A stretch of 64,000 bases of DNA from a virus (lineage: Duplodnaviria; Caudoviricetes): IMG/VR virus record IMGVR_UViG_2881096153_000005, positions 1-64,000 of that record; one strand, given 5' to 3'. How positions within the stretch are numbered: the first letter of the stretch is position 1; the number at the start of each line of letters is the position of its first letter. The position numbers and the translations under genes were made by a program. Below are positions 39,409 through 48,755 of the stretch, piece after piece. The notes under the pieces are model-generated. The model was given only the letters and a program-made list of their open reading frames with translations. It searched no databases and was not told the origin of the DNA.

Positions 39409-39854
39409 TTTTTTACCCCGCCCCGATCGCTGACCCCGTAAGCATTTTCGTTATGAAAATGGTACATGAAGCGCTTGTAATTGAACACGATCTGGAACTT
39501 TCACAGACCGTGCGCATCGAATATTGGACAGACGACAACGGCGCCTTTGGTGTGCCTATCGCTGAGTATTTCGATGCGAACGAAACGCTATCGACTGAGC
39601 AGAAAGCCCGCTCGAAAGCGCAGTATTCGCCTTTTACTCGCACCGCAAGCACCCGCGGCTACATGATCAACCCGGCCACCGGCGACATCGTGCAGCCTGA
39701 CGAAGCGGGTAACTACCCCGAAGGATCGGTTCCTGAGCGCATGGCCTGGCTGAGCGTACTCGCCGAAAATGTACCGGGCGATGCCCTTTCCGATAAAGTA
39801 ATTGCGCTGATCGTGCAGAGTATGGGCACGATGGCGGCTAACAAGCGCCTGTAA
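39405..39854 (+). CDS. Fibre-associated hypothetical protein (possible chaperone)
   Basis: Coupled to the fibre gene. Confidence 0.5.
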   Translation: MIFYPAPIADPVSIFVMKMVHEALVIEHDLELSQTVRIEYWTDDNGAFGVPIAEYFDANETLSTEQKARSKAQYSPFTRTASTRGYMINPATGDIVQPDEAGNYPEGSVPERMAWLSVLAENVPGDALSDKVIALIVQSMGTMAANKRL

Positions 39855-39855
39855 T

Positions 39856-40245
39856 ATGACTCACTACCCCGACATCCGTTTCCGAAAGGACATCGACAAT
39901 AGCAAGCTCGACATGTTTGTGGTAGTAGAGCCGTGCCGGGTCGAGATCGTCGGTCCGCGGCTAAGTTTGGTGATTCCCTATGGGTATAAAACCGATTTTG
40001 CCAGTGTTCCGCAATGGCTATGGAGCATTGTACCGCCGCATGGCCGCATGACCAACGCGGCAGTGGTCCACGACTTTATGTACGACAACCGGGTTTTTGA
40101 AACCTACCTCGGTCCGGAGCTGGCACGAGCTTTTGCCGATCGCATTTTTCTGCGAAACATGCTGGCATCTGGCGTGAAGCCTGCACAGGCTCGCATGTTC
40201 TACTGGGCGGTGCGGATGTTTGGTGCCCGGTGGTGGCGCGAGTGA
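39856..40245 (+). CDS. DUF1353 family protein
   Basis: IPYGYKTDFASVP..LW...AAVVHDFMY...ADRIF. Confidence 0.85.
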   Translation: MTHYPDIRFRKDIDNSKLDMFVVVEPCRVEIVGPRLSLVIPYGYKTDFASVPQWLWSIVPPHGRMTNAAVVHDFMYDNRVFETYLGPELARAFADRIFLRNMLASGVKPAQARMFYWAVRMFGARWWRE

Positions 40246-40279
40246 GATAGAAGAAAAATACATTTGGAACTACGGATTT

Positions 40280-40348
40280 ACAGCCCGGTCGCTATGCGGT
40301 CGGGCTGTTTTGTGTCCTACCTTAATTTCTAAGGCCCCTGCATATTCG
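40280..40348 (+). promoter_or_regulatory. Terminator followed by late promoter of the head operon
   Basis: ACAGCCCG/CGGGCTGT stem plus T-tract; GTCC (40314) then CATATTCG (40341). Confidence 0.6.
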
Positions 40349-40369
40349 TAGACATAATTCAGTACTACG

Positions 40370-41251
40370 ATGCTTCACCGTTTTTTTTCTGGCCCCTGGG
40401 CAATGGAACCCCGCCTGCACGACCGCCTGGCACCCTTGGTGCTGAGTGGCCGGGTGGATTTGAATGCCGCCAAACTTGCGCGCGATCGCCGCTCTCCCCG
40501 CTTTGAAATTGTTGCGCTCGATGCGCCAACGAAAAATGCGGTCGGGAGTGGATCTGCCTATCGGTACCTGCCTAAGTTGGGCACGAAAGAAGGGGTGGTT
40601 CCAATCATCCCGGTGATTGGTACCATGACCCGCTATGGCGATATGTGCAGCTACGGCACCGAGGATATTTCGGCGTGGATTCTGGAAGCAGAAAACGACC
40701 GCTCGGTGGTTGGAATGGTGCTCGAAATCGACTCGGGGGGTGGTGAAGTGAATGGCACCGAACTGCTGGCCGAAGTGGTGCGACAGAGTTCCAAACCCGT
40801 AGTGGCCTATGTCACAGGAATGGCGGCAAGCGCTGCCTATTGGGTGGCAAGTGCTACGCAGTGGATTGTGATGGAAAGTGCCACGGCTTCGGAAGTGGGC
40901 TCCATTGGCGTGCTGAGCATGCACGTGGACATGACCAAGGCTCTGGAAAAACAGGGAATGGCCGTGACGATCATCCGGGCGGAAGGCTCGGAAAACAAGG
41001 CCTTGTACAATTCTGTCGAGCCGATCGACGCTGCGATGATTGCCGCCGTGCGCGCAGAGATGAAGCCGATTCGGGAAGCCTTCGAGGATTCGGTGCGAGC
41101 TGGCCGGCCAAACATTTCGGACAAGGTATTTGAGAGCAAGGGCGGGATGTTTCCTGCCTCCAAGGCCGTTGGGCTGGGCATGGCCGACGAGATTGGATTT
41201 CTTGGAAATGCAGTGGCGAAGGTGCTCGAACTGGCTCAAAAAGGAGAATGA
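40370..41251 (+). CDS. S49 (SppA-type) head maturation protease
   Basis: LEIDSGGG, AASAAYWVAS, VGSIGV. Confidence 0.9.
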   Translation: MLHRFFSGPWAMEPRLHDRLAPLVLSGRVDLNAAKLARDRRSPRFEIVALDAPTKNAVGSGSAYRYLPKLGTKEGVVPIIPVIGTMTRYGDMCSYGTEDISAWILEAENDRSVVGMVLEIDSGGGEVNGTELLAEVVRQSSKPVVAYVTGMAASAAYWVASATQWIVMESATASEVGSIGVLSMHVDMTKALEKQGMAVTIIRAEGSENKALYNSVEPIDAAMIAAVRAEMKPIREAFEDSVRAGRPNISDKVFESKGGMFPASKAVGLGMADEIGFLGNAVAKVLELAQKGE

Positions 41252-41276
41252 GTATTCACTTAATTAATTAATAACA

Positions 41277-41765
41277 ATGGATTTAGGACGAAAAACACTT
41301 GGTCAGCTGATGGCGCAGACCTTTGGTTTTGGCGGTAAAACTGCTGACGTCAGTGCGGATGTGGACACCGGCGAAACGGACGAAACCTCCGACGATACCG
41401 ACGAAGACGAATCGGAAAACGAGACCGATGAAACCACCGAAACTGAGACGAAGCCTGCTGCCAAAACTGGGAAGAAAAAAGCTGCACAGGCAGACTCGAA
41501 AAAGGAAACGGTAGCATCGACCGTGACCCTTAGCCTGGACGATTACAATGCTTTGAAGGCGGATGCTGATCAGGCCAAAAGCCTAAAAGCTGCTCAGGCC
41601 GATTTGAAAAAAAAGGCTGCGGCCTGGGATGCTCATCAAAAGGCCGTGGGTGGCACGAACGCTGCGGAAGACAGCACCAACGAAACGAAATCGACCGACG
41701 CGGCTGACGATGCAGAAGCTAAGGAGATCAAGCGGCTGGAAGCTCGGTACAAGGGTCTGATGTAA
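41277..41765 (+). CDS. Putative scaffolding protein
   Basis: Acidic, low-complexity, coiled coil; between protease and capsid. Confidence 0.6.
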   Translation: MDLGRKTLGQLMAQTFGFGGKTADVSADVDTGETDETSDDTDEDESENETDETTETETKPAAKTGKKKAAQADSKKETVASTVTLSLDDYNALKADADQAKSLKAAQADLKKKAAAWDAHQKAVGGTNAAEDSTNETKSTDAADDAEAKEIKRLEARYKGLM

Positions 41766-41819
41766 GGATCTGAGGTACGGGGCACGGATTATTTTTTCAC
41801 TATTTTTTTTCTATTAGCT

Positions 41820-42827
41820 ATGGCAGCAAGTAATGTAGTTGATGTTTCGGCGCTGTCGGAACAATTGACCAAAGACAAAAAGGATTACGGTAAGATTTTT
41901 GGCCTGAAAATGGCCTCCGGATGGGACGCAAAGCCTGACTTTGTGCGCCTGGGGATTAATGAAGAAGTGATTCTGGTTCGTGACGAACTGGATAACCTCA
42001 CGCAGCCTGGCCGGACAGGAGCAACGAACTTTTCAACCACGTTCATCAAGCAGAAGGAGCGTATCGGAAAGTTGAAACCTGCAAAGGTTGACTTGAAATT
42101 GACCGAGGAAGAATTGTACAAGTTGCGCGTGTCGTACATCGGCAAGCGGGAGCCTGGCAACCCTCGTGATATTAACTCGCTGCCCGGTCGGAATTACATC
42201 ATGGGCCGAGTAATGGCGGGTATTGGCAAGGAGATCAACAAGGCGATTTTTAAGGGAGTTGAAAACCGGGCGACCGGGGTTCAGGGTGGCCTGAACCTGT
42301 TTGACGGGTTGAGCTTCAAATTTACCGAGGGCTACACGGCTGTGGAAGACGACGGAGTTGAAGATATTCCGGAAGGGAACAAAGTGACCGGTGCAGCTCT
42401 CGCAGTAACGGAAGCGAATATCCTGGGCGAGTTGAAGAAGATCGTGAATTTGATCTACGGCTCAGAGACGCTGATTGAGTACAAGGACGAAGCGGCATCG
42501 CTGTTTATCCCGCCAATGTGGTATCAGTACATGGTGAATGCCCTGGACAGTGCATTGAGCAACGGCAGTCAGGTGGTGTCAAAACGTGGAAATGAGTATG
42601 TGTTCAACTTGTTGCCCAACACGGTGATCAAGCCACGTACCTACATGATCGGCGTGGATAACATGGTTTGGACGGTGGATGGCAATCTGTTTTGGTTGCA
42701 TCAGGATGTGGAGACTGATATTCCTCGTATCAAATTCCAGGAGTCGGACCGCGACCTAAAAATCCTGATCGACTTTGAGGTGAACGTTGAATATGCAGAT
42801 GGCCGCCTGGTTGTACTGTATAAGTAA
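41820..42827 (+). CDS. Major capsid protein
   Basis: 335 aa, position after protease and scaffold, G....LFDG motif. Confidence 0.7.
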   Translation: MAASNVVDVSALSEQLTKDKKDYGKIFGLKMASGWDAKPDFVRLGINEEVILVRDELDNLTQPGRTGATNFSTTFIKQKERIGKLKPAKVDLKLTEEELYKLRVSYIGKREPGNPRDINSLPGRNYIMGRVMAGIGKEINKAIFKGVENRATGVQGGLNLFDGLSFKFTEGYTAVEDDGVEDIPEGNKVTGAALAVTEANILGELKKIVNLIYGSETLIEYKDEAASLFIPPMWYQYMVNALDSALSNGSQVVSKRGNEYVFNLLPNTVIKPRTYMIGVDNMVWTVDGNLFWLHQDVETDIPRIKFQESDRDLKILIDFEVNVEYADGRLVVLYK

Positions 42828-42897
42828 GCGATCGATTTAAAATAATTATTCACAGGGGTTGGGGAAGCCCACCCCCTATTTTTTCTCTACATAAAAA

Positions 42898-43464
42898 ATG
42901 GCAGGAGTATTCAAAAATCTGGGATACGTAGCCCGTGGGGCTAGTAATTTAGGAGGCATCAGCCGCATGGTTGGTTTTGCCGAGAGCGATTTTGAGGGAG
43001 GTACTGGTTGGCCGCTGCGCAAGGACATTGTGGCCGGCGAAACATCCGTAGTGCCCCCATTGAAAGATGGTGTGGTTGGTGCGGAGTTCACGTTCGACCA
43101 TGGCAGCTGCCGGGCGAAGTCGGGAAAGAAAGGAAAACTCGGCTATCAGAACCACGACCACGAGGTAGAAGCAAAATTCGCCGGTGTGTCGAAAGGGCAA
43201 GCTGCGGCTGTGGATGCGTTTTTTAACGAAGGTGGCGTGATTGTATGCTACTACAAGGATGGCAGTCGCCGGGTGTATGGTGCAAGCTGGAACCCGCTGG
43301 TGATTGAGGAATCGGACGATTCGGGTGCGAAGGGTGGTGATGCGAACAGCATTACGTTTAAGGCTAAGGCCGAAGATTTAGATTTTCACGCGCCTTTCCT
43401 TGCTCCTGCGGTTGTGCTACCTACCGACGCTACGGCTGTGAAGGCGATGCCTTTCGAGGTGTAA
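42898..43464 (+). CDS. Major tail tube-like protein
   Basis: SNLGGI N-terminus, D.S..VYG...PL, DANSITF; size and position. Confidence 0.6.
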   Translation: MAGVFKNLGYVARGASNLGGISRMVGFAESDFEGGTGWPLRKDIVAGETSVVPPLKDGVVGAEFTFDHGSCRAKSGKKGKLGYQNHDHEVEAKFAGVSKGQAAAVDAFFNEGGVIVCYYKDGSRRVYGASWNPLVIEESDDSGAKGGDANSITFKAKAEDLDFHAPFLAPAVVLPTDATAVKAMPFEV

Positions 43465-43475
43465 TTCCTTAGGCA

Positions 43476-43682
43476 ATGGCTAAGAAGAAAATGAAAATAT
43501 GGCAAGTCCGGCCCGGTGTGGGCCGGATTGCCTTAGAAAAACAGGGTTCACGCATTGTGCTCAGCAATGATCTGCCGCAGGAGCTGCTTGCCGAACTGGC
43601 AAAGGAGAAACTTGCCGCAGGATTTTTGGAGCAGGTGTCTGTACCCATAACCGAATCTACCGATGTCGAAAGCGAAAGTTAA
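43476..43682 (+). CDS. Small hypothetical protein
   Basis: Operon position. Confidence 0.55.
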   Translation: MAKKKMKIWQVRPGVGRIALEKQGSRIVLSNDLPQELLAELAKEKLAAGFLEQVSVPITESTDVESES

Positions 43683-44124
43683 TGCGGCGCTTACCGCCCT
43701 GGACAAAGCCGCCAAAGGTGCCTATAAGGTGCTGAACGAAGTGGCTGATAATACCTACGAAGGCTCCCCCGCCGAAGCCGAACCTACGAAGCATGCGTAT
43801 GAGATCAGTTTGCGGCTTCGCAAGCAGCTTGAAATCTACGAAGCCAATGCCCAATACGACGGCATGTCTCCGGAAGAAATCGAGCTAAAAAAAGCGACCG
43901 ACCTGGCCGAAGCTCGCGCGAAACTGAAAGCCGAAGCAGCTGCAAAGCTGGCCGAATTGAAGCCGAAGGCGGTGAAAGAAGTGGTGATGGAGGAAGATCC
44001 TGACCATGATGCGATGCCAGTGCCGATTAGTGATCCGGAGCCGGTGCAAGATCCTGAACCGGTGCAAGAACCTGAACCGGTTGGTGATCCTGAACCGGTG
44101 CAAGATCCAGAACCTTCGGCCTAG
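43663..44124 (+). CDS. Hypothetical protein with C-terminal PEPV(Q/G)(D/E) repeats
   Basis: About five 18-bp tandem units near 44030-44115. Confidence 0.65.
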   Translation: MSKAKVNAALTALDKAAKGAYKVLNEVADNTYEGSPAEAEPTKHAYEISLRLRKQLEIYEANAQYDGMSPEEIELKKATDLAEARAKLKAEAAAKLAELKPKAVKEVVMEEDPDHDAMPVPISDPEPVQDPEPVQEPEPVGDPEPVQDPEPSA

Positions 44125-44142
44125 TATGAAAAGCTATCTATG

Positions 44143-44176
44143 AAAAACAGCCTTACGAGCGTAGGGCTGTTTTTTT
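44143..44176 (+). terminator. Intrinsic terminator
   Basis: AAAAACAGCCTT/AGGGCTGTTTTT stem with T-tract. Confidence 0.75.
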
Positions 44177-44218
44177 GTGTCCTGTTGTATAGGGAAGGCT
44201 AGTGTGTATATTTGTAAC

Positions 44219-44358
44219 GCTAACGATTGATAATTTTCTGGGGTACAAGTGTGGACATGCAATGGAATCAGGGCATGGCCGGTAAGCGTGCGGTTGTAAG
44301 TACCGCACCACTTGTACTCCGTTATTGGATTATCGGTCGTTAGCAGCGACTTACCGGC
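44219..44358 (+). ncRNA. Structured multi-stem RNA, c4/CI-like antisense candidate, with a downstream complementary target
   Basis: 16-bp closing stem, 12-bp inner stem, two hairpins, unpaired GCCGGTAAG complementary to CTTACCGGC at 44350; begins just after a TATATTTG box. Confidence 0.7.
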
Positions 44359-44373
44359 TTATATTTCTCCCCG

Positions 44374-44712
44374 ATGATTCCTGCTCCTGTTGGTTTTGAA
44401 AGCCTGAATGAATTTCTCCATCGAAAAAAAATTGATGCAGAATATATCCGCAGCTCTTTGGAATCGTACCTCGGTAGCTATGATCACCGGCAGTGTGACT
44501 CGGACGATCTCGAACTTGATCATCAGGTATGGGCCTATCGACAGATCATTCATGAATTTGTTTTGATTCTCTACAATGACAGCAGCACAGCAGATACAGA
44601 AGCAGAAGGCAGCGCTGAGCCTGATGGAAATGAAAGTAAAGGCAGGCCGAGCACGCCCGGAGCAGCTCGACGCCCTGCGCAGCCAACTGGCCACCCTGCA
44701 AAAAAACGCTGA
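44374..44712 (+). CDS. Hypothetical protein downstream of the structured RNA
   Basis: ATG 15 nt after the target site; overlaps the next ORF. Confidence 0.5.
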   Translation: MIPAPVGFESLNEFLHRKKIDAEYIRSSLESYLGSYDHRQCDSDDLELDHQVWAYRQIIHEFVLILYNDSSTADTEAEGSAEPDGNESKGRPSTPGAARRPAQPTGHPAKKR

Positions 44713-45232
44713 GCAAAAACCCCCATCGCCCGATCGGGCAGCCCCCACTACCCCAACTCCCGAAAAAACCGCAGCTGAGCGCCCGAAGGGTGAAGCCTAT
44801 GCCGAAAAGCAGGCCGAACTAAGCACGGAAGCCAACGAGCTACGAAAGGAACAGGCGAAACTTAGCAACTTGCTGCACAAGGTGTCGCCCCACGTGGATT
44901 GCTACGAGTTGACGTCGCGTATCTACGAGTTGCAGGTACAGATTGAAGGACTGTGGGATGAAAAAAAGTACATCGAGCGAAACGGCCTGGATACGGGTGG
45001 CACGTTTCGTGATAGGCCAGAAAAAGTAGTGCCTGCCAAATCGCTGGACGATGTGCAGCACAAGGCCGTGCTGACCGTTGAGCTGCAACGGCTCCGGGAA
45101 AAGCGCTCGAAAGTGACAAGAAAGTTGGAAAACCCGAAATCGGCAGAATCGAAACGGGCAGAATGGAGCATCGAGCTCGCGCAGACGAATGCACGCATCG
45201 AGGAGCTGACGGCTCAGCGGTATGTACTTTAA
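44576..45232 (+). CDS. Coiled-coil hypothetical protein
   Basis: 218-aa helical ORF. Confidence 0.65.
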   Translation: MTAAQQIQKQKAALSLMEMKVKAGRARPEQLDALRSQLATLQKNAEQKPPSPDRAAPTTPTPEKTAAERPKGEAYAEKQAELSTEANELRKEQAKLSNLLHKVSPHVDCYELTSRIYELQVQIEGLWDEKKYIERNGLDTGGTFRDRPEKVVPAKSLDDVQHKAVLTVELQRLREKRSKVTRKLENPKSAESKRAEWSIELAQTNARIEELTAQRYVL

Positions 45233-45379
45233 GGCTTGCCCCGCATTTTTCGCCACTCTTTCCATTCTCTATTGGTGGTGAAGGTCGGGAGCGGGAGCAG
45301 TAATTGAAACATTGCCCAAAAGTACCATTTGAGTATTCGCCAGGTGCGATTTTGTTTTTTTACATTTTTACTGTTAGCC

Positions 45380-46000
45380 ATGATTAATGAATTGTTTGTA
45401 ACACAGAGGGTTGCTATTTCGGAATTGGTGCCCCACGTTAAGAATCCGCGGAAGATCAAAGCTACTGAAAAACAGAAACTTTGGGAGCGGATCCAAAAAT
45501 TTGGCATGATCGGTATTCCCGTCCGGGATGCTGATAATACACTGCTAAGCGGGAATCAGCGATGTGAAGTGCTCGCATCGCATGGCCTGGGTGATTATGT
45601 CATCGACGTGCGCACGGCAGTGCGTAAACTCACCGAGCAAGAATTGCGGGAGGTGATGATGATCGAGAACAGCCACGCCGGAGAGTTTGATATGGAGGTG
45701 CTGAAAGCGGAGTTTGACGAATACATCGACCTCGATAGCTTTGGCCTAAGCCTGGACGAGCTGGCAAAGGACCTGACCGAAGCGGGCTCGGAACTCGCAC
45801 CAAGCGAACCGGAGCTGCCTATTGTTGCGAAATTCAGCGAAAAGTACGACTCCGTGGTGATCATCTGCCGAAACGAAATTGACTATAATCACCTGGCTGA
45901 AAAGCTGGGACTTGATCGCTCGCAGTGCTATAAGAGCAGCAAGGTAGGTACCACGCACGTGCTTGATGCGAAACAGGTGATTGAGGTTTTGACGAAATAA
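45380..46000 (+). CDS. ParB/Srx-like protein of the phage DNA-modification type
   Basis: ISELVPHVKNPRKI...LLSGNQRCEVL...MMIENSHAGEFD; C-terminal FSEKYDSVVIIC; start at 45380. Confidence 0.8.
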   Translation: MINELFVTQRVAISELVPHVKNPRKIKATEKQKLWERIQKFGMIGIPVRDADNTLLSGNQRCEVLASHGLGDYVIDVRTAVRKLTEQELREVMMIENSHAGEFDMEVLKAEFDEYIDLDSFGLSLDELAKDLTEAGSELAPSEPELPIVAKFSEKYDSVVIICRNEIDYNHLAEKLGLDRSQCYKSSKVGTTHVLDAKQVIEVLTK

Positions 46001-46054
46001 TCTACTGAATACCTGGCGAGGCCTGCGAAGTACTCCCAAACAAAATTTTGGCAA

Positions 46055-46795
46055 ATGAAAGAAGTTAAGATAATAATTCCCTCGCACAAACGGGCGACCC
46101 GCGTCCGGACTACGAGTGCGGTCTATGGTGCTGCACTATGCGTCGAAGAAAGTCAGGCGGATCTGTACCGAAAGTGCAATCCCGGGATTGAGATCATAAC
46201 GCACCCTGACAACGTGATCGGGCTGACCCGGAAACGGGACTGGATGATCAGGAACATTGGTGATGTGTTTATGCTCGATGATGACATTGAGCACCTGAGC
46301 AGGATCTATACCGAACCGGGTGAAGAAACGGTGGTAGATCCGGAAGTGGCGCACGATATAATCCAGATGACTGCCCACGCTGCCTGGCAGGCGGGCGCTT
46401 ATTTGTTTGGGTTCAGCTCGTCACCCACCCCAATTTCCTTTAACAGCCTGAACCCCGTACAGCTGAGCGGCTACGTGACCGGCTGCGCCCATGGCGTTCT
46501 GACTGGCTCGAAGCTTTGGTACAATGGTGATATTCACTGTAACGAAGATTATTGGATATCGCTTCTTAATGCGCACCATCACCGCCTGATCTGGAAGGAC
46601 ACACGGTTCTATTGGGCACAAAAGGACACTTTCGTGAACCGTGGTGGCCTGGCTGAATTTCGTAACGTGGAAAATGAGGAGAAAGATTTTCTGCTACTCC
46701 GAAAGGTGTTTGGTGACGTGGTTGAGTTGCGAAAGTCGAACGGAAAGTCTAAATTGGCACATGCGTTTCAGAAAAGTTTGAGACTGCCGTTTTAA
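46055..46795 (+). CDS. GT-A fold glycosyltransferase, TAGT/GREB1-like
   Basis: IIIPSHKRA, GLTRKRDW, FMLDDDI, EDY, NRGG. Confidence 0.7.
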   Translation: MKEVKIIIPSHKRATRVRTTSAVYGAALCVEESQADLYRKCNPGIEIITHPDNVIGLTRKRDWMIRNIGDVFMLDDDIEHLSRIYTEPGEETVVDPEVAHDIIQMTAHAAWQAGAYLFGFSSSPTPISFNSLNPVQLSGYVTGCAHGVLTGSKLWYNGDIHCNEDYWISLLNAHHHRLIWKDTRFYWAQKDTFVNRGGLAEFRNVENEEKDFLLLRKVFGDVVELRKSNGKSKLAHAFQKSLRLPF

Positions 46796-46816
46796 AATCC
46801 ATAGAACCAAAGTGCT

Positions 46817-46847
46817 GCCCCTGGACAATTGTTCAGGGGCTTTTTTT
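46817..46847 (+). terminator. Intrinsic terminator
   Basis: GCCCCTG/CAGGGGC stem plus T7. Confidence 0.75.
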
Positions 46848-46959
46848 GTGTGGTCCTACATTTCCTGCTACTTTTTTCGCCCCTATTCCCTACCACGCAG
46901 CGCCATTCTCACGGGCGATTTTCAGCCCAAAAAACCTCAAAAAAACTTCATTTTTCAGG

Positions 46960-47059
46960 AAAAATAAATGGTTCGTGGTGTTGTTAATCCGTTCTGTCGG
47001 GAGATCTTTATATCAGTTAACAATCACATATTTAACCTTTTAACTCCAATTAAGCAATG
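46960..47059 (+). repeat. Promoter/start cassette copy 1 (copy 2 at 48660-48758)
   Basis: AAAAATAAATGG..GTTGT..ATCCGTTCTGTCGGGAGAT.TTTATATCAGTTAA..ATCACATA..TAACTC(C)AATTAAGCAATG in both copies. Confidence 0.85.
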
Positions 47060-47767
47060 GAAAACGTAAGCACAATTTCGCAAAATGAAGTAGTAGTAGC
47101 CACTCGCCGGAACAAAGATCGTTTCCTGGAAGCGACCGGAAAATCAGAACAAGAGTATTACGCCTGGGCTACCTTAGTCGGGCAGCGTATGCACATTAAC
47201 AAACTAGATGGGCTATTGTGTGCGAAAATCGGAATCTATACGGTTGCCCACCTAATTCACAAGCAAACGCAACTGCCACAGGGCATTGAGCAAAGCGAGG
47301 TGCAGGCGTACCTGATCGAAAACAGCAACAACCCCTATGAGCTCGCGCAGATTTGGTTGAGCCTAAAATCCGACGTCGAGAATTGGGTAAGCAAAGAAAG
47401 CATCCTGAATGAGTGGTTGACCGGCATCCGGAAAGAAGATTTTGAGGCGCACGGTGATCCCAATCATGCTGCGGATGTAAGCCGGGCGTGGTGGAAAAAG
47501 GACGCTGACGGTTTGGATGGTATTTTGCAAGAAATAAACAGTATGGAATTTTTGAATACGGAAATCAGCCTGAGCGATGCCATCGAGTTCATTCGGGCCA
47601 ACCGCCCAGGGCGGTGGATTTGCCCCGCACTTACCGCGCAGAAATTAGTCGAGAGCCGGTTCAAGACCTTGACCACGTTCAACATCAAGGACTACTACGT
47701 AGAGCACCTGTTGAAAATGTGCCGAATCGAAACGGAACTGATTGCAGACGAAGATCTGCCGTTTTAA
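47057..47767 (+). CDS. Hypothetical protein
   Basis: 236-aa ORF in its own promoter-terminator unit. Confidence 0.7.
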   Translation: MENVSTISQNEVVVATRRNKDRFLEATGKSEQEYYAWATLVGQRMHINKLDGLLCAKIGIYTVAHLIHKQTQLPQGIEQSEVQAYLIENSNNPYELAQIWLSLKSDVENWVSKESILNEWLTGIRKEDFEAHGDPNHAADVSRAWWKKDADGLDGILQEINSMEFLNTEISLSDAIEFIRANRPGRWICPALTAQKLVESRFKTLTTFNIKDYYVEHLLKMCRIETELIADEDLPF

Positions 47768-47776
47768 TCACCTACC

Positions 47777-47803
47777 AGGCCCCGAGCGATCGGGGCCTTT
47801 TTT
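47777..47803 (+). terminator. Intrinsic terminator
   Basis: AGGCCCCG/CGGGGCCT stem plus T-tract. Confidence 0.7.
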
Positions 47804-47827
47804 GTTTCACCGAAAATCAAAATACTT

Positions 47828-48622
47828 ATGAGCAATATGCAAGACGCCCCGCGGCAAGTGAGGCCGATGGTGGATGTACTGAAAGAGTTTGGGGAGTACC
47901 GTTTCGACCCGGCAGACGTTTTCCGGGATTTTATAGATTATGGCATTGGCTGCCTGCTGGTCCACGGTGATCTGGACATGGGCAAACGCCTGCTGGATAA
48001 GTATGGAGCCGATTATGCGAAGTTCGGCACGATGCTCCGGGCGTGGATTGGGATTCTGGATAAGGAAGTGGCAGGCGATGGACAATGGTTTGATGCTTTG
48101 GGCTCGCTGTATGAATATTTGGCCAGCCAAAACAAACGCAGTTGGTTGGGGCAGTTTTTCACCCCTGCCTCAGTCTGCGACCTGATGACCATGCTAACGA
48201 TCCAAAACATAGAAGGGACTGGCAAGCGGGTGAATGATCCTGCCGTGGGAAGCGGCCGCACGCTGCTCTCCATCAATAGTCGGTGGCCAGGCAATTATAT
48301 GTTTGGCGAAGACATCGACCCGATTTGTGCCAAGATGGCGGCGCTGAATTTGGCCTTTCATGGTGCCCAGGGACAGATTAGCTGTTTGGATTCGCTGCGC
48401 CTTAACAGCTGGAAATTTGGTTACGAGCTTAACCCCTACCACCGTCACGGAGCGCCGCCGATTCCGCACCTGCTGCCGATTACGGAAGAAGGCAGCGTGG
48501 TGATGCAACACTGGCGGCAGCGAGTGCCCGACGTGGTTCAACAGCCGGTTGAAAAAGTGGCCAAACCTGCCCCGATACCAGAACCCAAACCTGTGTTTAC
48601 GAGCCAATTGAGCTTGTTTTAG
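47828..48622 (+). CDS. N6-adenine DNA methylase-like protein (HsdM-type N-terminal half)
   Basis: GQFFTP, DPAVGSG, GEDID, DSL; no clear NPPF motif. Confidence 0.7.
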   Translation: MSNMQDAPRQVRPMVDVLKEFGEYRFDPADVFRDFIDYGIGCLLVHGDLDMGKRLLDKYGADYAKFGTMLRAWIGILDKEVAGDGQWFDALGSLYEYLASQNKRSWLGQFFTPASVCDLMTMLTIQNIEGTGKRVNDPAVGSGRTLLSINSRWPGNYMFGEDIDPICAKMAALNLAFHGAQGQISCLDSLRLNSWKFGYELNPYHRHGAPPIPHLLPITEEGSVVMQHWRQRVPDVVQQPVEKVAKPAPIPEPKPVFTSQLSLF

Positions 48623-48625
48623 GAG

Positions 48626-48658
48626 AAAAATGGCTATCGGATTGATAGCCATTTTTTT
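48626..48658. terminator. Bidirectional terminator
   Basis: AAAAATGGCTATC/GATAGCCATTTTT. Confidence 0.7.
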
Positions 48659-48755
48659 AAAAAATAAATGGACTGCGGAGTTGTATATCCGTTCTGTCGG
48701 GAGATATTTATATCAGTTAAGTATCACATAATTAATCAATTAACTCAATTAAGCA

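Noticed and set aside
40322-41239. 305-aa minus-strand ORF
   Set aside because: Antisense shadow of the well-supported S49 protease
46853-46890. GTCCTAC as another late promoter
   Set aside because: No -7-like box at the 26-28 nt spacing
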